A stretch of 64,000 bases of DNA. Source: Camelus ferus. Its lineage: Eukaryota. Position numbers and translations under genes: made by a program. The DNA lies in the NCBI RefSeq assembly GCF_009834535.1, contig NC_045697.1:66714001-66778000 (forward strand), in the 5' to 3' direction. The notes below the pieces were generated by a model that was not told the DNA's origin, made no database searches, and saw nothing but the letters and a program-made list of their open reading frames with translations. Positions 26,500-39,453 of this stretch are shown here, piece by piece (position 1 is the first letter of the stretch; every line of letters starts with the position of its first letter).

Positions 26500-27110
26500 A
26501 AAAGTCTGAATATCCCTTAGAGAACATTTCCCATCAGATTGATACTTCCACTTCAAATATGTATTACCTGTTTTCTCAAACTCTTGCCTACTAAGAGATT
26601 TATGATTTTTAAATGCTTGCTCACATGATAGAAAAAGTGATGTTTTATTTATGTTTTTAATTACTAGTGAACTTGAATCTGAGGGGATTATTAGTTATTA
26701 ACATTTTATTCTTTTATCATTTATCTATTTATATCCTTGCTCTTCAGAGGCTGTATTTCCCTTACTGGCTTGGAAGAATTTTTTTTTTTAATCAAAGGAT
26801 CTTGATTCTTTAAAGTCCTGTTAATTGTAACTGGTTTTTGATTCTTTTAAGTTTTGTTTTATGTAGTTTGAAATGTGAGTGATATATCTTTATTAAAGCT
26901 GATCAATATTTTCTTCATCTCCTTTGAAACTTAGAATGCTCTTTACAATCCAGAAATATGAAAAATATTTTTCTACATTTTATGGTTTAATTTATTTAAT
27001 TGTTATTCTGTGATTCACAAGGAATATTTTAACTAAATACTTCAGTACTTTTGTTAAATCATTAGTCCCCTTTCCCATTTTTTTCTGAAGTCACCTTTAA
27101 CTTATGCTCC
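26500..27110 (-). mobile_element. Old L1ME-type fragment
   Basis: Degenerate antisense ORF2 (tacctgttttctcaaactcttgcc...ttaattactagtgaacttgaa...atcaatattttctt). Confidence 0.5.
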
Positions 27111-27341
27111 TGTGGTGCAAATTTAAATTTTGTGTTACCTCTCAAATTGGAGATCTTCATCGCTAAGGAATAAAAGTTGATGTTTCTTATTAAATAAGAT
27201 TTGAGCATTGGCACATGTTAGGGTGCCGTTGGACTTAACTGGCGTGTTCCATGAAATTACTGTAGACAGGAGGCTGCATTTATTACCTGTGTTAACACAG
27301 ACATAATAAGAATATGAATTTGTGTGAGTGATAAATTATGC

Positions 27342-27575
27342 ATTAATAATAACCACCATTTACCAAGGGTTTCTTGATATATATCTGGCATTCTATCAAG
27401 AACTGTAACTATATGATTTCATGTAATCTTTGTAACAGACCACTGAGTGACTTACTTTGATTTTTTTTTTTTTTTCCGGAAAAACTGAGACCCCAGGATG
27501 TAAAGTAGCTTGATCTGCTTCACATAGCTAATAAATGGTAGGGTCATGATCTAATCTCATATCTGACTAAAGTCC
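27342..27575 (-). mobile_element. MIR SINE
   Basis: taataataaccaccattta...ggaaaaactgagacccca...cacatagctaataaatgg...tctgactaaagtcc. Confidence 0.75.
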
Positions 27576-29724
27576 ATTATTTTTAAGGAATTATTGCCAA
27601 GTAGAGAAATTATGCTTTTTGCTATATATTTTAAGAGCTGCAGGTCTATAGGAGTCCGATGGCAAGAACCGTCCCAAGGGTTCTTGGGTCCATCTGTGAA
27701 GAAATGAGCTCAAGAACCATGACTTTCAAAATCTAAATAGAGACAAGTCAATGAAATCAGTGATGTGAGGAGCCGTTTATGGTTTGGGGTTAGTACTGAA
27801 GATACCAGAATCTCAAGAGGGACAGAAACAACCCTACACTTTGAATCGGTTTAAAATCAGCTAAAAAATGTTTAACTTCTTCAGATTTTAGAACCTCTAT
27901 TGGTTTTGTAATTTTCCGTCATTCCAAGCCAACTTATTCAGTTCTCCCTCATATGCTCAACACACATTACTCTTGGCTCCCTCACCTACCTGCCCATGAC
28001 CTTAGCAAGGAAATTGGCAAGGAGCTGCCAGGTCAGCAGGGAGTGACTGTTCCATCTGAGTCCCTGTTTTTGTAACTACAGGTTTTATTCAGGGAAGAAA
28101 TGAGTCTACCTAGCTGACAGCCTTCACTATCATCTCTTTTTGAGCTTCTCAGTTAAGAGACTCACAGTTGTTGCTGTGGTATAAAGCTTTGGTATTTAAA
28201 GCAGGAAAGGAAATTCTAGATATTTTAATATTATTAGAACTCAGTACTTAGGCACTAATTGATTACCTGGAATGATGTAAAAGGATAACTTTATCTGCTA
28301 TGAATGAACGTAACTCATAAATATAGTTTGTATATGTTGGAGGCAGGAATTCACATACAAAAGTGTATACAAAGACATCATTTGCAGTCTGAGTTGTTTG
28401 TTATACATTTGACCATCATGAAGTAATGTTTTCCTCTTTAACTCAAGGCAAACAATTTTGCTTAAAGATGATATAGTATTTTTTTCTCCTTAGGTCACTG
28501 TGCCCTTTGTTGATACATTGGTGCGTCTATGCTAAGATTTACAGTACACTTCACTGGGGTTTTGTTTATAGCCCTGCCTTGGAACACTTGAAAATAAATT
28601 GTGCCTTTTAGTTAATAAGCAGGTTATTCTTGTATTATCACTTGGAAAAGTATGCATTAGTATCTGTACTAATTAACAATCTTAAAAATTCTAAATAGAT
28701 TATATTATTTCTCCTTTTTTTCATTCATCTTTTTTAGTTTCCTATTTTAAAGATGATTAGAACTGCACACTGTGTAGTTGGAACATGATTCCATTTATGA
28801 TTTCATATGTTAATTCCTCAGGTAAATACTGACTTTTTTCTGTGTGTAAGATTCACTTCATTGAGAGTCTCTTTTCTATTTCTCTCTATGCCAAGTTTAA
28901 CTTCAACAGAAAATTGATATATCTTTATTCCCAGTGGTAGTTTAGCTTACTAACCTTGAAATTTATTTCTGTGTTTGTTGTCAGAGGCTTGTTGGCAAAT
29001 CAAACTTGACAATAATAGAGAAGGAAAGCATGGTGACCTAGGACACACTGTTCTATTGAAGTAATTCACGGTTCTTTGAGTGTGTAAAGTTTTTTGTTTA
29101 TTTGTTTTAAATTAGCCAACATACAATGCGTATAGTCTTTTGAGTTACTGATTAATACTCCACGTGTAATCCTTTTAAATTATTATTGGTAGAAATAGAC
29201 AATTATTTAGAATGATTTTTTTTTTCTTGTACCGTTGCAGTCTAAAGTAGTTTGGTACAGCTTCCAGAGCACAATGTGAGCATAAAATATGACTGCCAAA
29301 GCCGTGTGTTCTTAACTAGGGGAGCTGGCTTTTTGGTCACTTTGAAGCTGTTGTTATACTGCATGTAGGAAAATAGAAAAGGAATGTGATATTTATGCTA
29401 ACATGGTTTCAGTTTCTCAATAAGTTAAACTGCGTATGATTTGCCCCAAGGTTGAGAATCAGGTTTTGTTTTGTTTTTTTTTTTTTAATTTGGTTAAATT
29501 TTACCAAAGTATTTTCTGTGATATACATATGTTTTTCTTAACTGTGTATTGTCAGTGGTATTAATTGATGCTTTTAGAGACATAAAGCATACTTCAGATC
29601 AAACACTGGTTTACAGATAAGGCATGCGGAACACGCAGATAGCCATTGTCCATTGCACTTCTATCCTGTACTTACTATAAGGCTACTGCTCATTTCTACA
29701 TGTTGAGCAGTTCAACCAACAGGC

Positions 29725-29740
29725 TGACCTGAGATGACCT
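29725..29740 (-). promoter_or_regulatory. Perfect DR4 nuclear-receptor element (AGGTCA-n4-AGGTCA)
   Basis: TGACCT gaga TGACCT on the + strand. Function is not demonstrated. Confidence 0.4.
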
Positions 29741-30119
29741 GGTGGCCGGCACAGAATCACCTATCCAGCCAAGAGCCACGCAAGCGCTCAGTCCCCTCTC
29801 TCTCTGCCACTTTGCCTCATCACCCCATCCTGCCTCCCTAGTTACTTTCTTCCTTTCCCTGCTCCCAGTTCCCCATCATACCAAATTGTTACTGATTTTT
29901 AACTTCAGATTCTTCCTTCTCTTCCATCTATTTCCCAATTACTTCAGAGAACTTTTTTGTGCAATTTGAAGAAAATCTTTCCAATTTTAACAGAAATATT
30001 AATGCCTGGAAGTAAGAAGAAACTAGTATCACAAAATATTATACTGCCATTAGTATATTTCACAATTTCCTTAAAGTCATTTATTCTCTGGTTTTTACAA
30101 AATGGTGACTTGGTCAACA

Positions 30120-30313
30120 TTATGCCATGAATATTTGTATATATGACAACAATCTCTTTTAACCCTTAACCATAATTCTGTGAAGTGGTTATTATTATCT
30201 GTATAAGATGAAGAAATGGAAATTCAAGGTTAAATAAGCATGCCTAAGCTTACACAGCTTGGAAAATAGGAGATGCAGGATTAAGTCCTGGTTCTTTCTG
30301 ACTCTAAAAGCTT
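30120..30313 (-). mobile_element. MIR SINE
   Basis: attattatc...agatgaagaaatggaaattca...tgcctaagcttacacagct...tctgactctaaaagc. Confidence 0.78.
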
Positions 30314-31964
30314 TACAGTGTAGTGTAGGATTGTCTTTTAAAATAGGTAATTTCGCTTTCCTACTTCTACGCATTTCTCAAGTTTGCGAAGTAGCACAGC
30401 AGTGCAGGTGGATTCCCACTGTAACAGAGGTGCAGACCAGAGCAGCAGTCCCTTCCCTACAAGGAAGACAAGGCTCTGTTGATGTTTACAGACAGGAAAA
30501 GCAAATCATAATTTTAGTATACTGTTTTTTCATCCCATATTTTTCTCACTTTTGTAACCCTACAAGGGTTTCTTTATTCAAAGAGATAACAAAACAAATA
30601 CTTAAAATATTTTCTTCCGAATAAATCCATGCTATGCTCTAAACTGTTTTGAGGCAGGTTCAGTCTTCATCTGTAACCTATAAACTCCTGATTTCAGTTA
30701 GACTCTAATAGAATTTCTCATTAGTTATCATTCACAGAATTGCGTGGATTTTTAGATGACACCATTATAAAAAAGATATTTTCAGATTATTTGGAAATGA
30801 GTTATATTGCTAGTATAGATTAACTTTTTATCTTTGCCTTGCTCTGCTTTTCAGGAACTTATTAAGAAATTATGTGGACCAGGAAATGACACTTAAATAA
30901 ATTTCATTTTTAGTCTAGTTGATAAACCTGTGTTGTTTTTTTTGAAGACTTGATATGCAAGAAATTAAACCCATGCATAAAACTGACCTTTAGGGATTAT
31001 CTGTTGTTTTTTTCCGTGACTGTTCTCACCTCATATTTGTAAGGTATAATTTAAGGTTATTATAAGTTCTAACTTCTGTTTAGCAAATGTTTTACATTTT
31101 AAAAGCATTTTCACACCCAGTGTTCCTTTTGACCTTTTGTGCCCCCAAATGCTTTGAAGCAAAATATATGCATTTTATGGATGGGAAAATTAACATGAAG
31201 TGAGAGTGGTGGAGTGAGGGAGGTGAAGATCCCAGGCTGGAAAAAGCAAAGTGTTTTCACCTTACCAGAATAGTTATTGAACTTGATTAGTTTAATTTAA
31301 TATATGAGATGTAAAGAAATTAAGAATATAAGTATATGTTAACCCACACCAGACTCTAGTAGAAATAATGAGTAGCAGGTGCAAGTCATTTAAGAAAAAA
31401 AATTGTGAGAGTGTTAATATTGAGAAAATTTTATAAATTTAATTAGTTGTTTCTGAAACTTAGAGAGGAATTTAATAGGATTATAGTGGCAGAACACCTG
31501 TATTGAGTTTATGGAATTATGTGGGAGTCTAGTTTGAGAACCACTGAATTATCACATAAAAATTCTTAATCAGTGTGTAGTGTAATAGTAATATTTTCCT
31601 CAAGATTTTCATAGGCTGTGTTAGTATGTCAATAAAGAGTTTATAAGGAATACAGACCAGTTTAAATAAACTACTGAATGTTGTCTCGCACTGTATGGGG
31701 CGAAATGATGACAGTATGACTATGAACAGTTACAAAAACTATATGAAAGTCATAAAAATTTGGAGTGAATTAATCAAATTGATTTTTTCCCCCCTGAACT
31801 CTACTCTATTTGTTCTCTTTTTTATCACCTGTAATGATGTATTGGGGGCTTCAACTTGAATGCATTCTCCATGGCAGACATCACCAGCCCATCTATGCTT
31901 TCTTCTTTTGAGTCCCAATGAGCCTTGAATCTAAGCTGCCACTATAATCAGTGATGAATTATTT

Positions 31965-33135
31965 CTATGGAAAACTAAAATTGATCCCTACACACCTCAT
32001 TTTCTCTATGGAAGAAAAAATTAGCTATAAAAGATACTACTACTTTAAACTATTAAGAAAAGGATATATTTATTTTAGGGTAAGATGAAAATTTTAAACA
32101 TAAACAGAGCAAACCATAAAAAGATTAATAAACTCAACAACATTAAAATTTTAAAAATGTGTTCATCAAAGTAAGAAAGGCTGAAAACTAGTTTAGAATA
32201 TGTTAAAGATTCTATGAATTAATTAAAAAAAAGTAACATCAGCCAATATAAAAATGAATGGGAATTTCAAGAAGAGAAAATTCAGATAATCAATGAACAT
32301 ATGAAAGCTTACTGAGCCTCATTAATAGAGAAATGTAAATTATAACTTGAGTGATACACTGTTTCTTACCCATCGTGTTGTTAAAAATATAAAAGTCTGA
32401 AGTACACCAAATGTTAGCGTGGATGTGAAGCAACAGGGATTCTCATACACTGTGAATATGAATGTAAATTAGCACAACCCAGCTGGTAAATTGAAATTGA
32501 GCAGAAGTGTGCTCTTTTGTTCAGCAGTTCCACCCTTGTGAGTCCTATAGAAATTCTTGCTCATAGGCCTCAGGAAGTAAGTACAAGATTTTTTATTGTG
32601 GCCTTGTATATAATAGCATAACACAAATAAAACAAACTTGGAAACAATCCAACAGAGAGTAGAATGGATGTTTTGGGGAATATTTGTATACAGTGGAATT
32701 AGCATAATGATGAAAATGAATGCGCCTGTATGAATCTCCAAAACAACAGTGATTGAAAAACCAAGTCACAGGAAATACATACAACATGATTCCAGTTATA
32801 CAGATTTTGATTTGAGGAATATATTTTTTGTGGAATCATTATGTATGTGATCAGATGATAAAGTCAAGAAAAAAATTAAAACTAAACTGAGACTACTGCG
32901 TGTTCTGGTTGGAGGGGAGGGCTTGGCTTTAGGGAGGAGCCCAGGGAACCTGGGCAATATATAAGTGGGTGATGCTTACAAATTTTATTTAGAAGTATCC
33001 TGTTAACACTTATGTGCCTTATAACTGATACAGTATTGTAAACAGTGGATATATATCATAGCTTGTATCATTAATAATTATATTATTAATAATACAACTA
33101 TGTAAAATGCATATGTATGAAATATTTCATAATAC
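31965..33135 (+). mobile_element. Old L1ME-type ORF2 end plus 3'UTR
   Basis: aaattgatccctacac...caatgaacatatgaaa...ggatgtgaagcaacagggattctcatacactg...atgaatctccaaaacaa...aagtcacagg. Confidence 0.75.
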
Positions 33136-34559
33136 AGTAAAAGCAATTGAAGGAAAGGATTTCTTCCCCCATTTCTTCAAAAGACCTTTTAAGTTTCAAG
33201 CTAATTTTTATCAAGGTATGCTGCTTGGCTTTTATGTATGTACTTACAAGTTTGAATTGTTCACAGTTTGTGTTTAGTATGACTCTTTTGCCTATTGGCT
33301 CTAATGTCCAGGAAGTTTTATCATTTATACTGCTTTCTCACCCTGTCATGATTTTCTACTGGTAGTATTGTTTTCCAAAGGTGCCTGTGCCTTTTGGTGA
33401 TTTGTACATTGCTATTTCTTTAGCTCATGGACTCCCACGTATTCCATCGACAGGACTTTGAACCCCCCTTTTCAGTTTCTCTCTTCCTACAGTACTTCTT
33501 GGGAGCTTAGGAATTTCGTATTTGTTCACACACAGACCAGCTCGCTCTGTGCACCAGACCTCTGGCCTCCTCCAGAGCCACCTTCCTTCACTCCAGGCTG
33601 CCGTCCTTCAGCACCACTGTCAGGGACCCCCTCCTTCTAGCCAAGCCAGGTCCCTTCATCTGGAGGTGCTGCTACTTTAGATCATTGCTATTTATCACTA
33701 TGCTCTAGGTGTTTTGCCGCCACTGTTGATAATGGTGATCTGTCCCTAGCCACTGAGGTATTTCAGCCTCTCCAGACTGATTGTCCCTTGTACTAGATTC
33801 TGCACTTTGGGGTCTTATCCAGTATCCATCAGTCCTCATTAATGCTTGGACCCTGACAGCATATACTCTGTTGTAAACTGACAAAAGGGACAGCTGCCTT
33901 CCTGCAGTTAATTGCTCTTGTTTTGATGACCTCGCACGTGTTTACTTAGGCCCTAGAATGTTACAGGTTTTATGGAATCACGTGTTCTGATTTCACCTGT
34001 CTTCTTATGGAGCACACGTGCTACCAAATGGATGCATCAGTAAGGGTTATATTCACATTTATCAGGTTTTTAGCAGAAGCATTACTCTCCTCTGATCTCT
34101 GGACTTATTGCCAAATCTGACTTGCCACCTCATTCCTTCCCGGTGGACAGATTCTCTCAGAGGTCCTGGTTCCACCTGGATGCTTTCTTTTAGAAATTTT
34201 GCACTTCTATTAGAGCTTCAGCCCAGAGATCAACTATCAATCGATCAGTCAGTGAATCTCAATCTCTTCCTCCCCATTTTCCTCCTTTTTCCTTCCAGGC
34301 ATATCATACAACCCTGGATTCTCAGACATTTCGAGATGCCTCTATGTGTCAAACTCTTATTGTGGATCAGGTTTGAATTATTTCTGAGGGGGTGCCTCAG
34401 CCTCAGATAAATCTGGTGGGTAGTGCATAGCTGGAGAGAATGAGTGGCCCTGACATGTGTCACCACATGTGTCAGCATCTAAACCTTGAACCCAACCTGA
34501 ATCCCAATAAATAACAGAAACAATTGTATCAGCAGAGAGCAGCAGCAAGGGTAATGACA

Positions 34560-34736
34560 TTTTATACATTATTTCATGTAAATTTTATTAAAGTCTATAA
34601 GGTAGGTTTTATCATCCCCATTTTATGAGTAACAAAGCTGAGACTCAGATTATATAAATAACCAAAATTTGGATAAATGGTAAAGAGAAGCTCTGCTATA
34701 AAATAGGGCTTTGAAAGCCTGTGCTTTTAACCACTA
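34560..34736 (-). mobile_element. MIR SINE
   Basis: aggtaggttttatcatccccatttta...ctgagactcaga...aaagcctgtgcttttaaccacta. Confidence 0.78.
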
Positions 34737-35299
34737 AATTGGATTAAACATTTTTTAATATAAATTCAGTTCAGTATATTCTTTAGAATGTGATTTCAGG
34801 TACTGTTAGCTGCTTTTTCTGAATATATCTCGAAAATAATTACTAAATTTTCTGTAAGAATATAATTTGTTTGAAAATAATAGCTCAGTGGTGCAATTTA
34901 TTTTTATGGGAAATGTTCAATTTGATGACAGTCTGTTGTATTAGATGATGCTCTGTACTTGAGAATCCATCCTTTAAAAATTCAGTATCCTGTTTGCTAA
35001 ACCTCAGAAGCTACAGTACTTCCCTGATAAGTAAAATCTCTTTAGTCAACATTTGATTACTTTGTCATTAAGGACTGTTAAGCTTCCATGAAATACTGCA
35101 AATAAATGTAATCTTTCAGTAGCCTTTCCCCTTGAATTATAAGTGGCATATACTTCTGAACAATAAGGAGCTTCATTTTTTTGAGCTTCAGTTATCTTAC
35201 AGAATGATTCACGGAAGAATGAGAGTGATCGAAACTTTGTGAGAAGAAACATGAATCTTATCACACTGTAACAGAAAAAATTGAAATCATCAAAATGTT

Positions 35300-35530
35300 C
35301 ATTCACAGTAGAATACATAAATAACTGTGTACATAGATAACTGTATAGTTATGCAATTAAGTGAATGAACTTGAGCTATGTTTATCAACATGGATTAATT
35401 ATTAAAATATAATATTGATCAAAATAAAATAAGCTGCTAAAAGATACATGGGTTATAACATCATTTATAGAAAGTATTTTAAATACTCCATAAATTATAT
35501 ATATAGTTTATGAACACATATATTCATATA
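35300..35530 (+). mobile_element. L1ME-type 3' fragment
   Basis: gtagaatacataaataactg...gaatgaacttgagctatgtttatcaacatgga. Confidence 0.55.
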
Positions 35531-35537
35531 CATGCTT

Positions 35538-35590
35538 GTATACACACACACATACATAACACACACACATAACCTCAAACACACACACAT
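35538..35590. repeat. Imperfect (CA)n microsatellite
   Basis: tacacacacacatacataacacacacacataacctcaaacacacacaca. Confidence 0.8.
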
Positions 35591-36049
35591 TAAAATATTT
35601 TGATACTCTTACACTTTCTTTTTAGTGTTTGTTGATGTTCGTTGTTTGCAGAATCATTCCAGTCCATTTAAAGAAAGTGTTGAATTTCAAATAGAATGGA
35701 GTTGAAAATCTCTGATTCTTGGAAATTACTTGATCCATATGAAGATCTGTTTAGCTTTTCCTTTAAAACAGTTGTTTAAACTCTAGGGAACTGAAATAAT
35801 CTTCTGGGCAACCAGGAGTTCAACAACCATTTAATTCCAGAGCAATGGTATATCTTTACGTTATGTCTTTTAAGAAGAAAATCAACCAAATTATTCAGTA
35901 ATAGGTAAGGAAGATTTGTTTCAGGGTGAGTTTTGTTGTCCACATAGATCAAAGCTATGTTAGGCCTATTACCTATTGTATGGTAGAAGTACTAGGGTCA
36001 CCCTCATCAGGCATACATTTATTTTCTCATATTATGGGTCTTTGCTTTC

Positions 36050-36534
36050 TATCATTTATGAATTGTGTTTGGATGCAATTAACAGGAACTGGAAATAATG
36101 GTAGAAAAGGAGAAGTTTACTTCTCTTTCATATAAAGAAGTCTAAAGGCAGGCAGTCCAGGTAGGATATGGCAGTTCCATAGAATCAAAGATTTATCTCT
36201 TTATTTCCTATTTACCAACCAAGTATGTGACTTACATCTCCAAAGACACGTTTTGGTCCTTGGTGAGTATTGTCATTCTAGCTGTCATGTCCAATTTCTA
36301 GGCAACAAGAAAGAGACAGAAGTGAGGAACAGATCATATGGACAAACCATTTAGTTAAGTACCTTCCTGTGAGCAGCAAATCAAGATTCCCAACTCTGGT
36401 TACATTTCATGGCCAGCTTTTAATCAAATGACCACATTGTGGTCTTCTAGCTGGGTATATTGCTACCCTCAAAAACCAAGATTCTGTTGCCAGGGAAGAA
36501 TGGATAATGGGTGATGACTACCCTATTTGTCTCA
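36050..36534 (-). mobile_element. MLT1J-like solo LTR
   Basis: aagaagtctaaaggcaggcagtccagg...tacatttcatggccag...tagctgggtatattgctacc...attctgttgccagggaagaa. Confidence 0.72.
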
Positions 36535-38504
36535 TGTATTCAACTTACGACATCAATGATAAATACAAAATGGACATATTTAGTCATAAATTTTATGTGC
36601 AGGTGCCTCATTTTGAAATGTCCCTGATTGATACCTTTTAAGTTCATTAGCCATTGAAAAATGAAAAAATAAAATCCTACTATTTTGTTCTTAACACACT
36701 GAGTTAAAATGCATGGTTTCATGAAGAGATTTGAATAACTATTCCCATGAATATGTTAGAACATTGAGGAATTAAAGGATCAACTAAAGAAGTCTGTGTT
36801 TGGATGATAAAATATGTTCAGAACATTAGGTCTGTTCAGGTGAAGATGTATGTTTTTAGACAGAAGGAGAAAGGCATTAATTTGTCCAAGATCACAGGTG
36901 ACTAAGTTGTGAATTATCTGAATAATTTATAGTGTTATTAGTCCAAGAGAAATTGATTCTTGATATATTTGGTTTATTTCTAGTCTTCAGTGTAAATACT
37001 AACCTAGCTTTTAGATATGTTGATATGATTGTACCTCTGCTGCTTCTAATTAGTATTGATTTGAATTAATATTACATAAGACAGTTATTTTTGGTGTTTT
37101 CCAGCTGTGTAAATATCCTTATTGCATAAACAGACTAAAATTAATCACAGAATTTACTGTGCTAGTGGTATTTACAACTTCATTGTGAACCCAGTGTTTT
37201 AAACATCTGTCCTTCATTTACTACATCTTAAACATACACTTTTATAACACAGGCCAAATTACAAGTATTCGTACAAAGACGTTATAACACAATGGTACTT
37301 GGAGGAAAGAGCAAAATTTCTAAGGAACAAGTTTCTTAGTAATTAACACGGTTTGGGTTAGTAATGCTGTCTCTCAAAAACAAATAGGGGCCTATCATAA
37401 ATAAGTAAGAAAGCATTTTTAAGAGAGTTCCTGGAAGATAAACTTTATAATAATATTGAAAATGTGAAATCAGTTTTTTAAAGGGGAGATTTGTGTTGTT
37501 ATTTTTAAATCTTTGTCTGTGTTAAAACATTATACAACTTTTTCATCAAGTAACTGGTTCACTAATTCTTCCGCTGAAAACCCTGCGCAGTCTTTAAGGT
37601 GAATTAGGAGGATATACAACATAGAGAAGCAGATTTAATAAATCTAACTTTCGAAAGTTCTTTTCCCACCAAACGAGTCTGTATCTGTCCAGTTTGATTA
37701 TGTAAAAGTCATAGCAGTTTGTTTTTATAGTTAATTTTCTAGTTTGAACCCTGCAAGACTAGTTACTCATGTATTTCCTCCAACTGATTTTATTTTGGAT
37801 AACATTACTTTTATCTGATTTTTCCTTTGAGAAAACATGGACATTTGCTTCCTTGGCTGACTTACAGGTACGGGTGAGTACTAAAGGACCCACGTGAATA
37901 GGCTTCACAAATGACAAAGCCCACCCCATGCAGAGACGCTGCGCCAGGCCAGCTATTTGTGCTCTGGAAAAGGCTGACTTGCATGAGAAAACATTTGGTA
38001 CAGAGGCTACCCTGCTTCTCAGGATTTGCATGTTCTTTTTTTCTATATGCAGGGTAGTGAACGGTTCTTAAAGATGATTAAAGAAATTAGAACATGTAAA
38101 ACTTCTGAACCAGTGCTACTCATACGTGGGTGTAGAAGAAAGTAAGGGTTAAGAGATAATGAATTAGAAAAAAGATACTGTTGGATGTCATCAACCTACA
38201 TTGAAGTCTAGATGTACATTGTACTTGTTCTTTTATGTTATAAAATCGGCATTTTTATCATACTATTTATATTATATATTATCTTACCTAATTATATTAT
38301 AGTTCCTCTGTGGAAACTATTATCTTTTATTTCTTTGGGATCTCCTGTAACATCTAGCATCATGTCAGATGCTTTATAAGCCTAAAATAAAGATACTTAA
38401 TTGGATCTGGGTGGCAACTTTTACATGAGTAGTGATTCCTTCATGCAGTTTTTAGGATTCTGAGGCTACATCTGTGTCAGTAGAAAAAAATATATAGTGA
38501 GAAA

Positions 38505-38606
38505 TTAGACTAAGGACTCTGTTTTATATATTGCAATGTCTGGAATTTAGAATGGTGCCTGACAGGCTATAAGTACTAAATAAATATTTATTAGATGAGT
38601 GAATGA
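38505..38606 (+). mobile_element. L2 3' tail
   Basis: tagaatggtgcctgaca...taaataaatatttattagatgagtgaatga. Confidence 0.65.
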
Positions 38607-39453
38607 TTCTGCAATAGTTGAGAGAGCAAGGAAGAATGGCAACATATTTGGCACATTTCTGTTACTAAATGAACTCTAAAGTCTCTTCTAATTCTGAATT
38701 CTGTGATGAGTATAAATATTTGCTAGTTCAGCAAATGTTACGTCAGCATCCATATTCAGAAGCTGGACTAACAGTTGGTAGAATTCACCCAAGAAATGTA
38801 GATTCAAGGCAATTAAGAATAGCTAAGTTGATAAAGACAATCTTTCCTGGGATTCACCTACCATTATTTAAAAAACAATGAAAACACAGCTCACCTATAA
38901 TATTAACTTGATGAAGCTATTTAAATTTTAATATTATCCTAATTTTAATATTATCCTCCAGCTAATATTCAGTTAGTTGAGTTAAATTCCTCTACAATTT
39001 GTATTTGCAGTTTATAAAGAAAGAAAGATCATTAACCTGACTGTGGAATACAGTTTGGGGATGAATGAATTCTGTTTTATGCAGGGTAAGATCATACTGG
39101 CTCATTTATCCCATTTCATAACATCAGCATTCTAAAAGGGGCATCTTTAAATATTTTACACATAAAATGGGTTCCTGGAAGTTTAGTGATCAGAACTGTA
39201 GATTTTTTATTACCAGGCTTAAATAGTACTCAGATCTCCTGATTTCAGTACTGATACCTTTTTTGGAAACATCAGTGTTTCCCAATGATTTTTTCCCCCA
39301 AATACTCGTTAAAGAAGATACTCTGCTAAGAACAAACGGTTTTGTCCTGCGTTGAGCATCATCCAGGAGGGCTGTGGGGTGTGGGGCGGGGCAGGGGGAT
39401 GCTCATTTGTCCCAGTGGGCTCCCTGATAGGTGAAGAGAAGGGGTGGCTGGAA

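Noticed and set aside
34450..34476. Imperfect hairpin ctgacatgtgtcaccacatgtgtcag
   Set aside because: The stem is too short for a pre-miRNA and there is no other RNA-gene signal.
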